Positions 54,721-64,000 of a DNA stretch of 64,000 bases are shown here, one piece after another (within the stretch, counting starts at the first letter, position 1; each line of letters opens with the position of its first letter). The notes below the pieces were generated by a model that saw only the letters and a list, made by a program, of their open reading frames with translations, searched no databases and was not told the origin of the DNA. The stretch is from Schizochytrium sp. TIO01 (Eukaryota > Protista > Bigyra: Labyrinthulomycetes): NCBI GenBank assembly GCA_004764695.1, contig SMSO01000032.1, forward strand, positions 6,294,483 through 6,358,482, read 5' to 3'. Both the position numbers and the translations under genes were made by a program.

Positions 54721-56211
54721 CCCGCCTGTTCTGTCAGCTTCGTTATGCGATTCAATTGCTCCAAGCCTTTACGCAAAGCAACCCAACAAACTGAGCTGCA
54801 AAAAGTAAAGTAGAACAAAACCAAATCAGACTGCCGCCAAACGTACACAAATGGTGGGGAAAGTACCCGCTTCAGTGTTTTTACTCCGCTCAGTACAATA
54901 CAACAAGCCTACGCTACACGAGGTCTCCGCCGTAACTCTACACTGGGCGAGGATCGCGCGAGCTCGAGCCTTGATGTGAAAAGTGTTTATGTTTGCCTGA
55001 TTAATTCTCAAAGTAGTTCGCCTTTTTAGTCTTTCTTCATTTATTCGTGTTTATTTCTTTCTGTCTTGTGCCAGACTCTCCTACTTTATATATATTACAA
55101 ACGGTAGGACTCCAAGCTTCCCTCACTCTGTTCGTTCTGAACCGAACACTACTTTGCTACTTATTTCCAGCGCGTGCAAGCGGTCATGATTCGATCGCTA
55201 CCATACTAGCGAGAACTTCAAGTTGTGGACCCAAGCTTCGGTTCCGTCCCTCGTTACGTGCTTTTACATGAGACAACTAAGTCCTTGATCTTTTCAACCG
55301 AATGTAATCATGATAAAAGTGTAAAGCATCATGAAAACGAGGCCGGTTTTAGGAATCATTCCTCTACACACGGGTTGGTGGTTATTAGAGACCATATATG
55401 CACACGCTTCATACCTATAACATTGTCTCAATAGTCTCGTACCACTTCAATAGCTTTCGTATGACCACCAAGCTGAGTATAGATATAAAGCGATAGACAT
55501 TATGACCAAAGGTAATGGGTAGAGGCTCAAGACACGGTGGATAGGTAGGTATGTGTTGGTCGCCGTGTGAATCAAAGATCACCTTTTTTTTTTTTCTTGA
55601 ACTATCTTATTTATAAAACATGAGAATTGTAGACTAGTCCACTTGCTGCATATTCAGCCATCCAAGCTGCTTTGATGAAGTTATAACTTCTGCCGCTACG
55701 TATCAAGGCAAACCAAAGTTTTTCTGCATTGCTAACTGCTATTTGCAATCTACTTAATAAAGAGAACATGGCAGATGAAATATTTAGGATAGAAGCTAAC
55801 TAAAGTTGGTATCGAAAACAAATATGCAGTTATAGGTCAGTCCTTGTTTCCTAAGATCAAGAAAGTTCGCAAACAGAACAACCAAATATGTACAAAACAA
55901 CGTTTATTGATAATATAATAGCACGGCCTCATTTTGAGATAAAACTCGTGTTGGTATTGTTTATGTTTTGTGAAAAAACGTGTGCAATCCACGTTAGTTT
56001 CCCTAACCCCTCAGTGTATGAGTAAAGTAAGTCCTATTGCATGAAGTATGCTTCTTTTCTAATTGAAATGGGGTAAATAATTGTATGTGCGGAAGTTCTA
56101 CGCAGACTTTTAAAAACCTGACCAACCACAACAAACGGTATATTTTGCTGAAGTGACGTGAAAGACTTTCGACAGAAGAATTTAATATGAGGAAACTTAG
56201 CCCTGATCCCT

Positions 56212-57936
56212 CTATGAAAGAGTAGGACTATCTCCATTTGGAAGGTGCGTTCCATTTTCGGTCACAGCTGAAAAGCTTGCCGCTTGAAGATCAGATAAAT
56301 GCTGAGTACAATCGTGTAAATTGTGAGCATCATCAGCATTCACGATAACATACTGAAAGGAAGTAGGCTCAGCTTTAGGTTTGAGTGCAGAACAAAAACC
56401 ATCAGGCAGATAAACACCATATTTCTCGTCGAATCGAGCTCGAGCAGCTAATTCAGCTTCTAAAAGTTCATTGAGTTTAGCTTGGTGTTCCCTGGCAAGT
56501 TCTTCAACTTTGGCAAGTGATTCCCAACGTCGGCGAAGCTCTTTTTCGGCTTGAGACTGCGCTTCTTGAAAATTATGATAAAAGCTGTCCAGCTTGAGAA
56601 ACTCTGCAGAGGCAACATCAACCTCCCTCTGTGCGTCCATGCAAATGGTGCGAAGATCACCAGCTTGGGATTCGATCTCTTTGGCTGCTTTGAGGGCTTG
56701 TTCGACGAGTGAATGGGCCTTGTCAGGGTACTGCTTGCGTGCTGAAGTAAGCGCAGTTGTAATAGACTTGACCCGATCGACTGACAACGCCATTCTCTTT
56801 AGGCCTCGTTTCATGTGCGCTTCACAATCTCGAACATATTTCAACATATCCGCATCTGTGATAATGGCCTCAGCGGCCTCGGGTTCTTCATCAAGATCCC
56901 CGCCACCGGTTGCTGCATCATTACTTTCAGTATCATCATCTATAGAGGGCATTTCACTCCCTGTTTGATCATCATCTGCTGTCGTGTTTGATTCAACCCG
57001 ATGCTCTCGTTCTTGCTCACTGTGATTGTTTTCAACTTTATGATTTGCTTCCCGTTGTTCTACTTTATCTTGCTCGTACTTTTCAGGACTACTCTTCTTG
57101 ACATGCAAGTCTTCCTTTTTCTTATCAATGCTTTCTTGTTGTAGTTGAGACTGACTTGTGGAGCATTTAAGCGTATTTGGTGATTTATTAAAATCGTGAG
57201 CAAGAAAGTCGCGAACAGGTCCCACCAGTTGGTCACCTGGTGGCTCATTATGCGTAGAAGAGTCCAAGAGGTAGTCGTAAAGACCTGCCAGACCCAGTGA
57301 ACCCCTAGAAAGAATTTTTACAATTGCACTTTGTTCCTCAACTTCCAATGCAACTCGACTTTCCCAGTCGTTGAGCAATTCAGCATATCCTTTGCCTTCC
57401 CATGAGGAGTAGTTTTCAGGAGCCGCACAAAGTGCCCGAAGCATATCTTGATTCTTCACGGTTATTTGACGCTCCGTTAGGGATCCTGCTGCTTCCCGAA
57501 CAGCGTGAACCTGGCGTTGCGCATCTTCGGCCATGGTCTTTGCTGAGGCACGCAAATTCTCAATCTCGTCGACATCTACAAAATCTAGGAGAGAATTTCC
57601 AACATCGGTGCTCTCAAGGGAGCCTGGGAGCCAAGCTGGGAGCTGCGTTGCTTCCAAAGCATCAAGCGTTGCTCTTAGCTTGCTGTAACCCTCGTCTTCA
57701 CGTTTAAGTTCTGCTTCGGCAGCCTCTGCTAACGCCAGCGCAGATCGCTGGAAAACCTCAAGTTGTTTGAGCGCTTCCACATCGGCCTCACACATTTTGC
57801 GAACATCTTTCACGCCGCTTTGGATCCTTGATTTTGAGTTCCTACTGTGCTCAAGCAGCGCGTGCGCATTGTTGACGACTTTGACGCTAAAGTCATATGA
57901 GGTTGTTGTCGCCCGCAGAAGTTCTTCACGGCCCAT
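56212..57936 (-). CDS. Atg17-like autophagy scaffold protein
   Basis: First ATG at 57936. Helical protein with LRATLDALEAT..SLLDFVD..IENL near the N-terminus and FY..F..ELRRR..E..AR.RF...YGVYLP near the C-terminus, as in the Atg17/Atg11-type domain. Confidence 0.65.
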   Translation of the reverse strand: MGREELLRATTTSYDFSVKVVNNAHALLEHSRNSKSRIQSGVKDVRKMCEADVEALKQLEVFQRSALALAEAAEAELKREDEGYSKLRATLDALEATQLPAWLPGSLESTDVGNSLLDFVDVDEIENLRASAKTMAEDAQRQVHAVREAAGSLTERQITVKNQDMLRALCAAPENYSSWEGKGYAELLNDWESRVALEVEEQSAIVKILSRGSLGLAGLYDYLLDSSTHNEPPGDQLVGPVRDFLAHDFNKSPNTLKCSTSQSQLQQESIDKKKEDLHVKKSSPEKYEQDKVEQREANHKVENNHSEQEREHRVESNTTADDDQTGSEMPSIDDDTESNDAATGGGDLDEEPEAAEAIITDADMLKYVRDCEAHMKRGLKRMALSVDRVKSITTALTSARKQYPDKAHSLVEQALKAAKEIESQAGDLRTICMDAQREVDVASAEFLKLDSFYHNFQEAQSQAEKELRRRWESLAKVEELAREHQAKLNELLEAELAARARFDEKYGVYLPDGFCSALKPKAEPTSFQYVIVNADDAHNLHDCTQHLSDLQAASFSAVTENGTHLPNGDSPTLS

Positions 57937-59238
57937 TATGAGAATTCTTAGGGAGTGGGTTAGAGATTTTGTACTCACAAATCACAGCTTCAAGAGGTTT
58001 CTGCCAACACTGTAAAGTGGGGATAAGGCCTGAATTTCTGAACAAATTTGAAATGTGTTTGTAAGAATCTGCTGCAATTCGAGCTTAGGCAACTTGGTGA
58101 AAGCTTTCCTGAGAGGGTTTGGTGCTCTCAGTTGGAGCGATTTCCCCAAACCGCGCTCTCACGACGACTATCTGGCGCCTCCGAGCGCCTCCGAGCGCGG
58201 GAGGCCCCTACGCGCTGAAGACGAGATTTCGAGCGATATGGGCGGAGCCTCGCACCGCCAAATGGTCGCTTGCGGCACCTTCTTTCCGCGCAGAGTCGCT
58301 TGGTTGAGAGTTTGGACTCGCTCACTCGCTCCTTCTGTTGTTGCTTGTTAGCCTTTTCTCGTTTACTTTTCGTTCTTTTCTTTCATTTCTACATGCTATA
58401 TTCCCTATTAGAGGCCCTAGTAGTCGCATAGTGCTTTTCTTCTTTTCTTTTCTTTTTACTATTGCAAAAGTCTCACTCTGAAAGTAAGTGCTCATCTTCT
58501 AAAGAAGAATAAGAAAACCATCGTATTCTTGGGCACCACAAACCGTCGCCATTTGGTTGTGGCATCTGCTGATATTATTTGTGAAAATCAAGTTTCACTA
58601 TGCCTCTTTGTTTTACTTTAATTGTTCTTGATTACAAAGACCCAGATGCTCTATGTCAAAGTCTGGTCCTCGTAGCACTCTTTTAATTGAAATAAACAGT
58701 AGCAGATATCTAAGTACCTACTCTTTGTGTTTCGTTTTGCTTCATTTTGTTCAATCAGCGTTTGAAGTGCAACTAGTAGTAGTGCTATTACTAGTCCTAG
58801 TACTGTTCACAGAGTAGAACGGCTAATTTTATCAGGTCCTATACTTATTTATTTCTAATGAATTAAAAAAATGTTAACGAAAATGTTAACGAGAAACAAT
58901 GAACTTGTAGCTCGGACTCGACAACCTGGTGCAAGGAACCCAGGCACACATCTGAGAGACTTTTTATTTTTGAGGGGATGATATAGCATTGCAATAAATA
59001 ATAAGGTCATTTGATAAATTTAATTGTAGCTTGCTTGCACAATTACTACAACACTATGACTAAAGCAAGAAGACAAGAGGATATTTGGTTTTTATTTCAA
59101 TGGTCCTATAGCTTGAATGCAAAGATTACTCCAGTCTAATGGGATCTACCATTGTGAAGAACAAAGCAAAGGTTGGAATCTCTCATGCATAGAGCTTTCG
59201 TGCTGATCTTTTGAAAGAAACAAAATTAAATTAGATAA

Positions 59239-60666
59239 TCACATACAAGTCTCATCGTCATGCGACTCACAAAAGGTCCAAGACAAAATGTCATGCGATG
59301 CCCATGACCGGCCAGTAGAGGAAGTAAACCCTACGAGTGCTTGGTTCTCATCCAAAGCGAGCATCGTGCTTAAATTTACGGGTGTAGCGACCAAGGGCTC
59401 AGTAGAGTTATCCATAAAGATAGCCATAGTGCCAAGCCGGTACCCTTCCCCATTATCTTTTAAGAAGGCAGTGGTTACCGAGGTAACGTGAAAATAAGCA
59501 ACCAGATCAAGATTCAGAAAAGGGTAGTACACTACTCGAGCGCTATGGATCTGCCCATCTGCGAGAGGGTAGGGCTGCGGAATGTGAAGTTGCTGGTCTT
59601 CCAAAGGCTGCAACTCCCCAGTTGGACCTGACGCAAATATTGTAACATGATCTTCGAATGAGTCACCTCGATCTGGGTTATACCAAATGTCAAATTCAAC
59701 AGCAACAGCATTTTCAAGCCCACCAAAGCCTAGCTCTGCACCACCCCGACCTAGTGCATTCCGGGTGTTACTATCGGTTTGCATAACAAAGGCAAAGCCG
59801 TCTCCGCCGTGAACTGAACAAGATTCATATCTCTTTGAGGAGAAACTTGCATCACGAACAATTGAACAAGCACGTGAAAGGTCACTGACCTGAAATGTGA
59901 ATTTAGTGCTGAAGCCCTGCAGCACATTAGCCTCTTCTTTCCTCCAAACAGATCCAATCTGGTACGGCTGTGAGCTTGTTAACCTAAGTCGTACTGAACA
60001 GTCGTTTTCCTCAAGATCCCTGAATCCGCCGAAGAAATAATCATCACGATGTCCGATTGAGGCCAAATTTGTTTCTAAATCATACGCATCAGCTCGCTTC
60101 GCAGTATCTATACGCATATCTCGCACATCTTCAACAGTTTCCGTCAACAAATGCAAATTTGTTGCTGGTGACGTTCGTCCGTGACGAGGCTGGTAGCCGT
60201 AGGCTGGCTGACTCTGGTCTGCAGGGTCGTCTTTCTCCTCACAACTGCTCGTAATGGCATCGCCGTTGAATTCGAGGCCGTCCGTCTGATTAAAGTCTGC
60301 ATACTGAAAACCAAATGCATTTGCTTCTCCTACCAAATGACTCCAGACGGCTATAATCAAGAAAACCATGAATACCTGAATATTATGTGATCTTTGCACG
60401 CGAATCCTTAGAGATTTGTCAGTTCTGCAAGACCTGTCAAGATATTGACAAGAGGACGATTTGAATCCCTCAGTGAATTGCTTTTTCCTCTTCTTTATTT
60501 CCAAATCATTGCTCTGCGGCAACCAACTATCACGAGGTATCGTCATCTCCTCAGGATGCCTTTCTCTCTTGTGCCTTCTCCATCTTCGTACATCTTGTGA
60601 GCTTTCTTGACGCCGACTACTCTTCCTCTCTCTCGGATTTCGTGAGGGAGACAATGTGTTATCCAT
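59239..60666 (-). CDS. L-type (legume-like) lectin domain protein with TM/signal segment
   Basis: 475 aa. FNGDA..LRLT..GSVW..GFSTKFTF..GGDGFAFVMQ..AVEFD..VGFTSSTG..HDILSWTF. Confidence 0.88.
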   Translation of the reverse strand: MDNTLSPSRNPRERKSSRRQESSQDVRRWRRHKRERHPEEMTIPRDSWLPQSNDLEIKKRKKQFTEGFKSSSCQYLDRSCRTDKSLRIRVQRSHNIQVFMVFLIIAVWSHLVGEANAFGFQYADFNQTDGLEFNGDAITSSCEEKDDPADQSQPAYGYQPRHGRTSPATNLHLLTETVEDVRDMRIDTAKRADAYDLETNLASIGHRDDYFFGGFRDLEENDCSVRLRLTSSQPYQIGSVWRKEEANVLQGFSTKFTFQVSDLSRACSIVRDASFSSKRYESCSVHGGDGFAFVMQTDSNTRNALGRGGAELGFGGLENAVAVEFDIWYNPDRGDSFEDHVTIFASGPTGELQPLEDQQLHIPQPYPLADGQIHSARVVYYPFLNLDLVAYFHVTSVTTAFLKDNGEGYRLGTMAIFMDNSTEPLVATPVNLSTMLALDENQALVGFTSSTGRSWASHDILSWTFCESHDDETCM

Positions 60667-61643
60667 GTTGACGTATACTGCAAAAGGATCTACTTGGCTG
60701 CCAAAATACTAGTTGACGAACGCTGGATCGAGCGAGCGGTCGAGCCGCACCGTAACAGTCCAGCTGGCCTGCACGCAGGCTAGGGAGCTGCCGAGCCTCT
60801 TCTTTGTTACGCCTAGTGAATGATGGGATTGGGAAAATAGGGTCTTTAGTATTGAGTCACTCAATCGTTGGGACTGACCGTTGAAAGGAAGTGACGCCTT
60901 TATTTTTTATTCGATGTAGGCCTAGGTCTATCATTATTATCATTATTAGTAATTCATTCACTAAAAAATAAAAATAAATTAAATTAAAAATTGTAGATCT
61001 AAGAGTGCTGCTTGGCAATATTGTGAGCATGTTGATTTATTTGCATAATGTTAGCCAGGAAGCAAGTTGCACGAAATAATCAGTCATGTTTTCTCGTGGT
61101 CTTAAAAGTCTCTTGAGTATTTCTACCCAAGCAGTATTATACCTTTAGGAAATGAAGAGCCAAGTCGATAGTTCTGCGTAGCTAGGATAACCTGTACTTG
61201 GGAAACCTAAGCCATTATAGATCCTTCTCAACAATGAGTTTCAAATAGCGAGTTCTGAGATGGGATTGAAGATGATCAGTGATTGATAAGAAATTGGAGG
61301 GAAAAACAAAAAAAAGCAAATTGGTTCTTTCAGAGAAGTAGTAGATGAAACTTAGAAACGATGGTAGAAGAAATACGCAGATTCTAATACGACAACGAGA
61401 AGGATGGAAAATACCTGTGCAGGATGCATATACTGGGCTAGGATGAAGCTGTAAAGGCGCAATTCAGTCGTACGGATGTGACAGAGACGCGAGACAAATG
61501 GGTTTTGGTCATAGGGAAGCAGAATAATGCAGGGAGTATGGTGCGTTAAACGAGTATAAGATGGGAAACTTCGAAAAAGGGAAAGAGTAACAACGACAAC
61601 AACAAAAAAACTGAATGTAAGATGGCTGCCACTATTTTTACTT

Positions 61644-63401
61644 TTACTTGCCACCACGGCCCTTCATCATGCGAACACCACGGCCGCCCATGGCGGCACC
61701 CATACCCTTGAGGCCCTGGCCACCCATAGCCTGTGACATGGGCATGCCACCACCGCGGCCGCCCATCTGGCCACGCTGCTGCATCTGTGCCTGCTCGGAC
61801 TGGGGATTGCGGACAGTCTCGTCAACAGAGAGAATTAGGCAAGCTGCCTCTGCGGCAGATGCAATGGAGTTGATCTTGTTGGCTGCAGGCTCCCAAACAC
61901 CAGACTTGAAGGTATCGCAGATGCCAGCCTTGTTCACATCAACACCAAACCAGAGACCCTCCTCAGGCTCCTCAAAGTGCTTCTTGCGGAGCTGGTTGAG
62001 GATGTCTGTCGAGTCAAGACCAGCGTTGTCACAGAGCTGGCGAGGGATCTTCTCCAAGGCCTTGGCAAATGCAGTCATCACAAGCTGCTGTTTACCCTCA
62101 ATAGTACGTGCCTTAGCGCGAAGGTATCTAGACAACTCCATCTCGACGGCACCACCACCAGCGACGACGCTAGAGTTCTCCATGGTGCGCTTGACAACCA
62201 TGAGAGCATCGTGGAGGGAACGGTGAGCCTCCTCGACAAACTGCTCAGATCCTCCGCGGATTACAATGGTGCAAGAGGTTGTGGTCGGGCACTCAGTGAA
62301 GTAGTTAAAGCGCTCACCACCAACCTGCTTCTCCTCAAAGATACCGCAGGTACCAATAGAAGATTCAGGAATGTCGTTGGTGCTGGTGAGCATCTTAGCG
62401 CCAGTAGCACGAGCCACGCGGTCCATGTCGTCCTCGCCAACGCGACCGGCGCAGAACATGTTGCGATCAGCAAAGTACTGTGTTGCCAAATCACCAATAG
62501 GGAGCTTAGACAAAATCACATTGGCTCCGCATTGCACGCACTGGTCAAGCTTGTCATAGATAATCTTCCACTCGGCATCAACGATGCTCTGATACAATGC
62601 AGGGTCCTCGATGCGGACCTCAGCGTTCTCCTTCTCGCTCTTAAGCTCAAGCTCTACATTCAGCAGGAGGACCTTGGGGTTCACAATGTGCTTGGGCTGC
62701 TGCTCGAATCCTGCGTAGGAGAAGGTCTTCTTAAAGGCCACACCACGTACGAGGTGGGACTCCTTCACGGATCCACCAGTGATCTTCTTGATACCCACGT
62801 GCTTGAGGTCAAGGTCGCCCTTCTGCAGCAGACCGACAGCATCCACGGCCATCGGGGCGAAAAGAGACTTGTACGCACAGATGAGCTTCGAGTTAAGTGC
62901 GGTGCCAGCAACACGCTCAAGGAGCAGGCGAGCTGCATCTTCAGCCTCCTCCTTGAGGTCTGCAACGCCAACCTTGAGCTGTTGAAGACGCTCCACGGCC
63001 AACAGAGCAGCCTCGCGGTAACCAGCAATGAGAATCTGAGGGTGCACGCCGTCCTCAAGGAAGGGCTTGCACTCGTTAAGGAGCTCGCAGGCAATGAGGG
63101 TAACGCTGGTGGTACCGTCACCAACTTCAACGTCCTGGGACTTGGCAATATCTACGAGAGCGCGAGCAGCAGGGTGAACAATATCCAAAAGCTTGAGGAT
63201 CTCTGCACCGTCGTTGCTAATAGTGGCCTTGCCAAGGCCGCTGTAGAGGAGCTTGTCAGCGCCCATAGGACCAAGGGTAGTGGCAACGATCTCACCAACA
63301 GCGTAGCATGCATTGATGTTGGAGATCAGCTGCGCGGTACCCTGGGAGGTGTCAGTGCCCTCGCGAAGGAGAATAATGCTAGGTTGCATGAAGTGCGACA
63401 T
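61644..63401 (-). CDS. CCT7: T-complex protein 1 subunit eta (chaperonin CCT/TRiC)
   Basis: 585 aa. [72 protein letters not shown]. Strong codon bias. Confidence 0.98.
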   Translation of the reverse strand: MSHFMQPSIILLREGTDTSQGTAQLISNINACYAVGEIVATTLGPMGADKLLYSGLGKATISNDGAEILKLLDIVHPAARALVDIAKSQDVEVGDGTTSVTLIACELLNECKPFLEDGVHPQILIAGYREAALLAVERLQQLKVGVADLKEEAEDAARLLLERVAGTALNSKLICAYKSLFAPMAVDAVGLLQKGDLDLKHVGIKKITGGSVKESHLVRGVAFKKTFSYAGFEQQPKHIVNPKVLLLNVELELKSEKENAEVRIEDPALYQSIVDAEWKIIYDKLDQCVQCGANVILSKLPIGDLATQYFADRNMFCAGRVGEDDMDRVARATGAKMLTSTNDIPESSIGTCGIFEEKQVGGERFNYFTECPTTTSCTIVIRGGSEQFVEEAHRSLHDALMVVKRTMENSSVVAGGGAVEMELSRYLRAKARTIEGKQQLVMTAFAKALEKIPRQLCDNAGLDSTDILNQLRKKHFEEPEEGLWFGVDVNKAGICDTFKSGVWEPAANKINSIASAAEAACLILSVDETVRNPQSEQAQMQQRGQMGGRGGGMPMSQAMGGQGLKGMGAAMGGRGVRMMKGRGGK

Positions 63402-64000
63402 CCTGTTTGTTTTTTTATTCGTGCGCGGAGGTGTCTAACTCAGCTCTGTGCTATGTGCAGACAAATAAAATCGAAGTGCAAACCTGGGATCCTAGTTTGC
63501 TATTAGAAGAATCCAAAGTTCTTCTTCGCTCGTTCCTGTGAACGTTGGAAATCCAATCGCAGGCCCAAAAGTACGTCAAACAGAAACCGGAGAAGACAAA
63601 GTTCATAGCAAGATATGGTGAAATAGTAAACCACCCGCCATATTGCAAAACAAAAAATATCAATGAGGGAGCCATCAACGAATCAACGAATCGATCCATG
63701 AGGAGAAGCGCAGCACGTTATTGATAACACCGTTAGATAGGATAGTGCACGTATTGCCAACACGTCACCATTCCACGGTAGATCAGGAAATCCCCAAATA
63801 AACCGAAAGAAAAATTATAGAAATAAGCAGGCAGAAAAAGAAGTTCGCCAAACGGCCGGTAGAAGAAACCCGTCGCCGCCAAGACCGGTCGAAGGAGCCA
63901 GATAAATTCGCATTCTCGTTAGTCTTACATTCTCTCCCCATAACTCGTACTCGACCGTCACTCTTCCTCAGCTCTTCCAAGCCTTTCTCGCCACCGCCGT

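Noticed and set aside
55190-55260. Faint resemblance to the 5' end of 5S rRNA
   Set aside because: The conserved internal boxes and 3' half are absent.
55210-55540. Kinase-like patches (SFGSV, ENE, YDH..DIK)
   Set aside because: Such short motifs are expected several times by chance, and no DFG or APE equivalent is present.
61977-63506. 509-aa ORF on + strand
   Set aside because: In-register antisense shadow of CCT7, explained by strong codon bias. Non-ATG start and no recognisable motifs.

Overview
Eukaryotic, intron-poor nuclear DNA. The gene content, style and microsatellite-rich spacers suggest a stramenopile, most plausibly a thraustochytrid/labyrinthulomycete; this is an inference, not a database match. 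I can support 16 intact protein-coding genes: an IQ-motif protein, an LPEAT/LPCAT-type acyltransferase, a SAM-like+DUF445 membrane protein, an FABP/iLBP-like protein, a THAP-like zinc-finger protein, a secreted beta-domain protein, a tetraspanin-like protein, a RING+Tubby protein, a coiled-coil protein, a UCP4/PUMP3-like mitochondrial carrier, a two-exon peroxisomal (-AKL) carnitine acyltransferase, a CAP59/GT69-like glycosyltransferase, a DHHC palmitoyltransferase, an Atg17-like protein, an L-type lectin and CCT7. I recognised no tRNA, rRNA, CRISPR array or intact transposase. The main hidden signal is in the spacers. Translated through their stop codons, several read as decayed protein-kinase domains: two strong single-frame cases (22038-22760 and 42851-43357) and four weaker ones, with no intact kinase in the window. 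Other highlights are two domains classically regarded as animal-associated (FABP-type lipid-binding barrel, THAP finger), unusual fusions (RING-Tubby, SAM-DUF445), a diverged pair of small paralogous ORFs, and a candidate intron whose microsatellites spell splice signals. All family calls come from motif recognition by eye.
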